NCBI GenBank assembly: GCA_041178425.1
Contig: JBEGVH010000026.1
Span: forward strand, 1-64,000
DNA: 64,000 nt
Source: Pseudomonadota bacterium
GTDB taxonomy: Bacteria; Bdellovibrionota; Bdellovibrionia; Bdellovibrionales; Bdellovibrionaceae
Direction of reading: 5' to 3'
The translations under genes were made by a program, and so were the position numbers. The notes below the pieces were generated by a model. The model was given only the letters and a program-made list of their open reading frames with translations, was not told the DNA's origin and did not search any database. Shown one piece after another: positions 58,680 through 64,000 of this stretch (its first letter is position 1; the number at the start of each line of letters is the position of its first letter).

Positions 58680-60029
58680 TTATTGTCGATGGTTATTTCT
58701 TACAGTTACGGGAATAGCAACGAAGTACCACCCATAACCGCCAAGGAGAAGGGCAAGGTAGAGGAGAGCTAGCTCTTTATTGATAACCACCATCGATACC
58801 ATGCAAAAGACAGCCAGAAGGAGTGAGACCGCCGGTGCCCAAGGGTAAAAGGGCGTCTTAAAAGGACGATTAAGTGAAGGTTCTGTTCGGCGCAGTTGGA
58901 AGAGCGAAAGGAGCGACAATATATACATCGTCAGTGCACCGAAAACAGAGAGAGTGATGATTTCTCCCGTGTGCCCTGTGAGCAAGGCCAAGAAACCAAT
59001 CAACATATTTAACAGCAGCGCGGCCGCCGGAGTTTTTCGTTGCGGATGAATTTTTCCTAAGATCGCCGGAGCGTATCCAATTCGTCCAAACTCAAAGGTG
59101 GCTCTTCCTGCTACTAGAATGATTCCGTGAAAGGAAGCCACCAGGCCAAAGAGTCCTATGGTGATGAGGAGATGATAGTAAAAATTATTTTGGCCAACAA
59201 TGTGGGCTAAGGCCAAGGGCAAAGGGGAGTCTGAAGAGGCTGAGGATCCTTCTGGATAAACGATCGTTTCCCAACCATTCACCCCAATAGCAGAGAAAAA
59301 GGTAAGGATTGCTAAAAATACCAAGGTGGCCATTGATGAACCAAAGCCGCGAGCGATGTCTTTTTGTGGATTTTTACTTTCTTCGGCTGTGTTTGCAAGA
59401 CCTTCTATGGCTAAATAAAACCAAATAGCATAGGGGATCGCCGGAAAAACTCCCCACCAACCATTGGGCAAAGAGTTAGTTGTAAAAGCGCTCCAAGAAA
59501 AATGGGGTAGGGTCACGCCGGCGAAAATCAAAAGTTCTACCACGGCCAAAACCGTTACGACCACCTCGAAGAGTGCAGAGTGTTTGACCCCGTATATGTT
59601 GAGACCTGTAAAAATCAAGTAGGCACCCATGGCAATGGCGAGGGCTGGGATTGTTGGAAAAAAAATATTAAAGTAGGCACCGATTGCAGCAGCAATAGCT
59701 GGTGGAGCAAATATAAACTCCACACATTGAGCCATGCCAGCAAGAAATCCCAGTTTGGGTCCCAAGGCACGATTAGCATAAACAAAGGCTCCGCCCGCTT
59801 TGGGTAACAGGCAGGCGAGTTCGGAGTAACTCATCACAAAAGTAGAGTACATCACGGTGACAAGAATCATCGCTACGAGCATTCCGAGAGGGCCGCCCTC
59901 GGGCAGTCCTAAATTCCATCCAAAGTACATTCCTGAAATCACGTATCCCACGCCGAGACTCCATAGCATCAGGGGGCCTAAGGTTTTGTCGAGTTTCGTT
60001 GTATCGTTTGTGGTCGAAGGACAGTTCAT
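58680..60029 (-). CDS. eat: Ethanolamine permease (APC family)
   Basis: LWSLGVGYVISGMYFGWNLG, PKAGG, AIWFYLAIEG, AEESKNP, GLVASFHGII. Confidence 0.88.
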   Translation of the reverse strand: MNCPSTTNDTTKLDKTLGPLMLWSLGVGYVISGMYFGWNLGLPEGGPLGMLVAMILVTVMYSTFVMSYSELACLLPKAGGAFVYANRALGPKLGFLAGMAQCVEFIFAPPAIAAAIGAYFNIFFPTIPALAIAMGAYLIFTGLNIYGVKHSALFEVVVTVLAVVELLIFAGVTLPHFSWSAFTTNSLPNGWWGVFPAIPYAIWFYLAIEGLANTAEESKNPQKDIARGFGSSMATLVFLAILTFFSAIGVNGWETIVYPEGSSASSDSPLPLALAHIVGQNNFYYHLLITIGLFGLVASFHGIILVAGRATFEFGRIGYAPAILGKIHPQRKTPAAALLLNMLIGFLALLTGHTGEIITLSVFGALTMYILSLLSLFQLRRTEPSLNRPFKTPFYPWAPAVSLLLAVFCMVSMVVINKELALLYLALLLGGYGWYFVAIPVTVRNNHRQ

Positions 60030-60341
60030 GTTGAGACCATACTCGAAGACTTGAGGCGTGTCTAATGGGGATTTTAAAGTTGGTTTAGTTTTTGGTCGTC
60101 ATTAGTTTTACAAAATACTGATGGTTGTAATTCTGATTCCTTCGATGGCTGAGCCAAAAGTTTAGAAATTCGTCAAATCCAGAAACAGCATTGTTAGGTG
60201 TTTGCTGTTATGTGTGTTCTTTTCGCCAAATGAGGGAGGGTTTTCTGGTAAAAAAGTTTGGAGATTCTTGAAAACGATTTGAGCAATTGCATTACCGTAG
60301 ACAGAATTTGAAACTTTAAAGACGGTTCTTTTGGTTCTGCG

Positions 60342-60357
60342 GGGAACGAATGTTGCT
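60342..60357 (+). promoter_or_regulatory. sigma54-like promoter for the gene at 60398
   Basis: GGGAACGAATGTTGCT, GG-N10-GC. Confidence 0.5.
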
Positions 60358-60397
60358 CTTTCGGCTGGTAGGCAATTTAAAACAATGAGGTTGATGC

Positions 60398-62344
60398 ATG
60401 TCTCAGACGGAACTTAAGATAAAGAATAGTACTTTGATTACAGTGTTCATCTTTGCGATTCTTACTGTGAGCTGTAGAGACAGCTTTAAAGAATCCACTC
60501 AAAAAGTAAACATCGTGGTCTCAGATCAAGCGATTTCTTCGGAGTCAGAGCCACAGGATTCCTTGGGGCCTCAAGCAAATTCATCTGGTACGGGCACTCC
60601 ATCAACGAGTTCGTCGTGGAATGATATCTTAGATGACACGAATCGAAAACCCACGGTAAAAGATGCCTACATTGAACCCGAAAAGGACAAAAAGTTGAGG
60701 ATTGGGCTTGAAGCATTTTTAGCCAGTGATGGGGATGGTGACACACTCACTTTAAGTGTCGTTGATCAGCAAGGGAAAGAGTCTTCTCTATATCAAGATC
60801 AGTTCACGATCATATCCCGAGTGCCAGGCAATCCTTCACAGCTAGAAATTCAATCAAGTCTTATTGGAGCAACCAGTGTTGTTATTCGAATTTCCGACGG
60901 TAAAGCGTCTAGTGATGTGACCCTTACTATTTCGCCGAAAAATCCTCTTTCTGCTTTTCGCCCTGCTCTAGCCGTTAATAAAGCGCAGTGCTTATTGTGC
61001 CACTCTCAGATTAAAGGAAATTTTGTGAGTTCCCTGGGAACTGATCAGTTGAAGACGACCATTGGATTTCATAATAGTGAGTCGAGAGATAGTGAAAGTC
61101 GTGGGCGTGAGTTCGACTATATGTTTGGTGATTATGTGAGTTACTACTCGAAGTCGCTGTTTATGACCTCTTATTTTGATGGCACAATTTTTGTTCCAAA
61201 TAGAAAGCTTTCGAGTTCCGCTCAAGCTCAGGCTCAAAGCCTGATCAGTGAGGGGTTGGAGCCTCAGGTTATAAAAGCCAATTCTCCAAGCTTGGCGCTT
61301 TTCGATTATTCATCAGCTCCTCTGGATATGCTATCTCAACTCAAAGGTCCTAAGACTGGTGCGCAGTATCTGTTTTCAATGTTACAGTTTCAAAATAAGG
61401 ATTTTGTTGATGTTTCAAAAAGTTGGTATGGCATCAATAAAAGCACACAAAGAAATGCTAACATTGTAGAAGTTCAAGATATTAATATCAGTGCTCCGTC
61501 TGAAGAGGTAATCAAACAGAAAGTAAAGAGTGGCGAGACCTATTCCTATTACGCCCAAGGAAGCGGGAGCGCTTCGTTGAAAAACTTTGGTGTTAGACCT
61601 GTTCGACGTGGGTTAATGGGGCAAGGTAAAGTGCTTTTTGGAAATAATCCCTCGGAGGTCATGGAATGCGATGGAGACTTATTCGTGAAAGGGGCGGTGT
61701 TTCTCAAAGACTTGCGTTTGCGAACCAAGGTGGGGTGTCGCATTCATGCCACAGGAGTTGTTTTTGTCTCCGGTTCGATCGCGGACAATTCAAAACCGGA
61801 AGAAAAGAGTGGTTATGTTCTGGTGGATCCTACTGAGAATAGTAATTTGGAGATTGTTTCTTCGCGCGCTATTTTGATGGGTCTTGGTTATGTGAATCCT
61901 AATTTAGGGGGAGTGTCAGGTTCAGTGAGTCCATTGAAACGATTGCTCGCTCCGGGGTTTGGATTGCCGTCGGGCACAATGGAAGATGTTGATCTTTTTG
62001 TTGGTTCGTCGGCTCAAGATAGTATCGTTTTTGATGCAGGAACAGATCCCGCTAAAGGCGAGACTTCCTATGGAGGCTTTCTTGATGCTCGACGAAAAGT
62101 TAGTTTTGAGCGACTCCTTGTTAATGCGCCCGTCATTCATTCCCGTTACAGCGGAGACTTTAAGGGAGTAGTAATCTCAGATTTTGCGCTATGGTCACTG
62201 GGACAATTTAAATATGAATACGATCCAATTTTTGATCGCGTTCCTGTGCTACCCATGATTGATGGTTCTAATTATTTTGCCGTGACTCAGTGTAGTGAAT
62301 CAATGAAAGTCATGTCGCACGCCAACCTGAGCGAATGCCGATAA
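60398..62344 (+). CDS. Large lipoprotein with Ig/cadherin-like domain and a single CxxCH motif
   Basis: GAGG RBS; lipobox LTVSC; Ser-rich linker; DGDGDTLTLSV; CLLCH; beta-rich C-half. Confidence 0.7.
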   Translation: MSQTELKIKNSTLITVFIFAILTVSCRDSFKESTQKVNIVVSDQAISSESEPQDSLGPQANSSGTGTPSTSSSWNDILDDTNRKPTVKDAYIEPEKDKKLRIGLEAFLASDGDGDTLTLSVVDQQGKESSLYQDQFTIISRVPGNPSQLEIQSSLIGATSVVIRISDGKASSDVTLTISPKNPLSAFRPALAVNKAQCLLCHSQIKGNFVSSLGTDQLKTTIGFHNSESRDSESRGREFDYMFGDYVSYYSKSLFMTSYFDGTIFVPNRKLSSSAQAQAQSLISEGLEPQVIKANSPSLALFDYSSAPLDMLSQLKGPKTGAQYLFSMLQFQNKDFVDVSKSWYGINKSTQRNANIVEVQDINISAPSEEVIKQKVKSGETYSYYAQGSGSASLKNFGVRPVRRGLMGQGKVLFGNNPSEVMECDGDLFVKGAVFLKDLRLRTKVGCRIHATGVVFVSGSIADNSKPEEKSGYVLVDPTENSNLEIVSSRAILMGLGYVNPNLGGVSGSVSPLKRLLAPGFGLPSGTMEDVDLFVGSSAQDSIVFDAGTDPAKGETSYGGFLDARRKVSFERLLVNAPVIHSRYSGDFKGVVISDFALWSLGQFKYEYDPIFDRVPVLPMIDGSNYFAVTQCSESMKVMSHANLSECR

Positions 62345-62435
62345 CGTCAAAAGAGGTAGTTAAAGTGTTTGAGCATTTTAGCTGCCTCTTCGGCTGATCC
62401 TAAACTCGGTGAATAATGTTTTGAGGTTTACTTTT

Positions 62436-62801
62436 TTAGCCATCCGCCTCGCCTGAAACAGTCCACATTTTTTTTGCGGCGGCGAAGGCCTTCGAGAGGG
62501 GTTTTTCTTGAACGGTTTTTTTGCCGATAATATCGAGACCCTCAATAAGCCATTGGGCCATCACAGGGACTGTGAGATGGTAAAAAACTCTGCGACCTTC
62601 TTTTCGCTCGGCCACAATGTTTTGTGCTTTCATGATCGCGAGATGTCTTGATGTGGTGGATTGGCTTATTTTTAGTCTCTCTTGAATGGCGGTCACATCG
62701 AGCTCGCCCTGATTGAGTTCCTCAATAATGAGTATTCGATCAGGGTGAGAGATAATGCTGAGAAGCTTTGCTAATTCTGCGGCTGCAACTTTGCGATACA
62801 T
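62436..62801 (-). CDS. ArsR/SmtB-family transcriptional regulator
   Basis: SHPDRILII..L..GELDV..I...L.ISQSTTSRHLAIMK...IV..RKEGRRVFY. Confidence 0.9.
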   Translation of the reverse strand: MYRKVAAAELAKLLSIISHPDRILIIEELNQGELDVTAIQERLKISQSTTSRHLAIMKAQNIVAERKEGRRVFYHLTVPVMAQWLIEGLDIIGKKTVQEKPLSKAFAAAKKMWTVSGEADG

Positions 62802-62810
62802 GGGTGCTTC

Positions 62811-63449
62811 CTATTTTCGCGTATTGATTTCAGATTCAAAAAAGGTAACTTCACCATTGGATAGATCGTAAATTCCGCCCACCATTTTGATCTCTCCATT
62901 CTGCTCAAGGTCTCTAATGATCGCAGAACGATTACGGATTTCGCTGATAGAATGTTCGACGTTTCTTCGGGTGATCCAATCCACTTTTTCTTGATAGGAG
63001 AGTTGTTGATATTTTTTATCGTTAGAAGGAACAGAGAATTGAATTTTATTTAGTACCGATCCTAAATTTCCGAGTTGGACCTGATCGATAGCGCCTTTAA
63101 TTGCGCCACAATTCGTGTGACCCAAAACCACAACAGCTTTGGCTTCTACGACCTTGCAGGCAAATTCAGCGCTTCCAAGGATGTCTTCGTTGATCACGTT
63201 CCCTGCAACTCTGATACTAAAAATATCACCCAAACCCTGATCAAAAATCGTCTCGGCGGGGGCGCGTGAGTCCATACAGCTGATGATGACTGCAAAGGGG
63301 TGTTGGCCTTCTCTGGTTTCGTTGACCTGTTGGAGTAAATTTCGATTAACCTTTAAATTATTAACAAAACGATGATTGCCTTCTGCTAAGAGCGCAATAG
63401 CTCTTTCAGGCGATATGGAATCTTGAAGTTCTTTTGTGAGTGTTTTCAT
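62811..63449 (-). CDS. Beta-class carbonic anhydrase
   Basis: GQHPFAVIISCMDSR, FDQGLGDIFSIRVAGN, VVLGHTNCGA; GGAGG RBS. Confidence 0.95.
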   Translation of the reverse strand: MKTLTKELQDSISPERAIALLAEGNHRFVNNLKVNRNLLQQVNETREGQHPFAVIISCMDSRAPAETIFDQGLGDIFSIRVAGNVINEDILGSAEFACKVVEAKAVVVLGHTNCGAIKGAIDQVQLGNLGSVLNKIQFSVPSNDKKYQQLSYQEKVDWITRRNVEHSISEIRNRSAIIRDLEQNGEIKMVGGIYDLSNGEVTFFESEINTRK

Positions 63450-63480
63450 AAATCCTCCAGGTTCAAATAAATACCTTTAC

Positions 63481-63500
63481 ATATGCACCTAAATACATAT
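63481..63500. promoter_or_regulatory. Imperfect inverted repeat, candidate ArsR-family operator
   Basis: ATATGCA-N6-TACATAT in the short divergent intergenic region. Confidence 0.45.
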
Positions 63501-63556
63501 ATACATATAACCATGATGATTTAAAAAGAAAAGCTTTTTTTTAGGAGATCTTTGGT

Positions 63557-64000
63557 ATGTATCGCCTTGAGACAAAAGAATACCTTAAAAATCGGTTCAT
63601 AGGGTTATGGTCACTTCTGGCCTTTCAAGCAGGTTTTTTAAACTCCCTTGGGTTCTTGGCCTGTCAGCGTTTTGTGTCGCACGTGACGGGGTTCGGGACT
63701 CACGTTGGAATTTCACTGGGTGAGGGCAACTATTGGATGGCTTTTGAGTTGTTTACAGCGCCTCTCAGTTTTATTTTAGGAGCTTGGCTCAGCGCCTATT
63801 TTACGGTGGCTCGACAATCCAGAGGTTTGGTGCCCCGTTATGACTTAGTCACTTTGTTTATTCCATTAATTTTGTTTGTGATGATGAGTCTAGGGGTGAA
63901 GGGAATGTTCGGTGTTTTTGCCGGGGCCCATTCGTTTCAGCAAGATGCCCTGCTTTTAACCGCTCTCACTTTTATTTGCGGTCTGCAGAATGGTTGCTTT
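63557..64000 (+). CDS. YoaK/DUF1275-family membrane protein (5' part; runs off the window)
   Basis: Not in the ORF track. AGGAG RBS; ATG 63557 reads MYRLETKEYLKNRFIGLWSLLAFQAGFLNSLGFLACQRFVSHVTG...FICGLQNG. Confidence 0.85.
   Translation, partial: MYRLETKEYLKNRFIGLWSLLAFQAGFLNSLGFLACQRFVSHVTGFGTHVGISLGEGNYWMAFELFTAPLSFILGAWLSAYFTVARQSRGLVPRYDLVTLFIPLILFVMMSLGVKGMFGVFAGAHSFQQDALLLTALTFICGLQNGCF

Noticed and set aside
63558..63574. TGTATCG-CCT-TGAGACA as another copy of the CTCA-N3-TGAG motif
   Set aside because: It has two mismatches and lies in coding sequence at the start codon
1..64000. CRISPR arrays, tRNA/rRNA genes, IS elements
   Set aside because: No regularly spaced direct repeats, RNA-gene signatures or transposase ORFs were seen by eye; tRNAscan/Infernal would be needed to exclude small RNAs

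Overview
A 64-kb chromosomal window, most likely from a Bdellovibrionota (Bdellovibrio-like predatory) bacterium. This assignment is an inference from the MAT-like fibre proteins, the type IV pilin, alternative complex III and the many small exported Cys-rich proteins. It opens with the end of an alternative complex III operon (actD-actE-actF), then argS and thrS-infC (ATT start; no rpmI-rplT behind it). Most of the rest is accessory: (i) a surface-protein island with a fibre protein, Cys-rich exported proteins and two fibrinogen-domain proteins; (ii) an AAA_14/DUF4143 ATPase with a perfect 26-bp palindrome over an apparently leaderless promoter; (iii) a translationally coupled 8-gene exopolysaccharide operon combining bacterial PelG/PelF/PelA-hydrolase-like genes with a GH114 (Ega3-like) hydrolase and two Agd3/CE18-like deacetylase lipoproteins, with no recognisable PelB/C/D/E and a divergent TolC; (iv) a prepilin-type N-terminus fused to a tail-fibre/S74-chaperone protein; (v) many exported enzymes, several behind sigma54-type promoters, including signal-peptide-bearing STAS-like and IucA/IucC-like proteins; (vi) a four-gene polymorphic toxin locus (two exported helical partners, a Sec-signal PT-TG toxin with a nuclease-like tip, a Cys-rich immunity gene) with no recognisable delivery machinery. 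No rRNA, tRNA, CRISPR array or transposase was seen. All family calls come from motif recognition by eye, not database searches.
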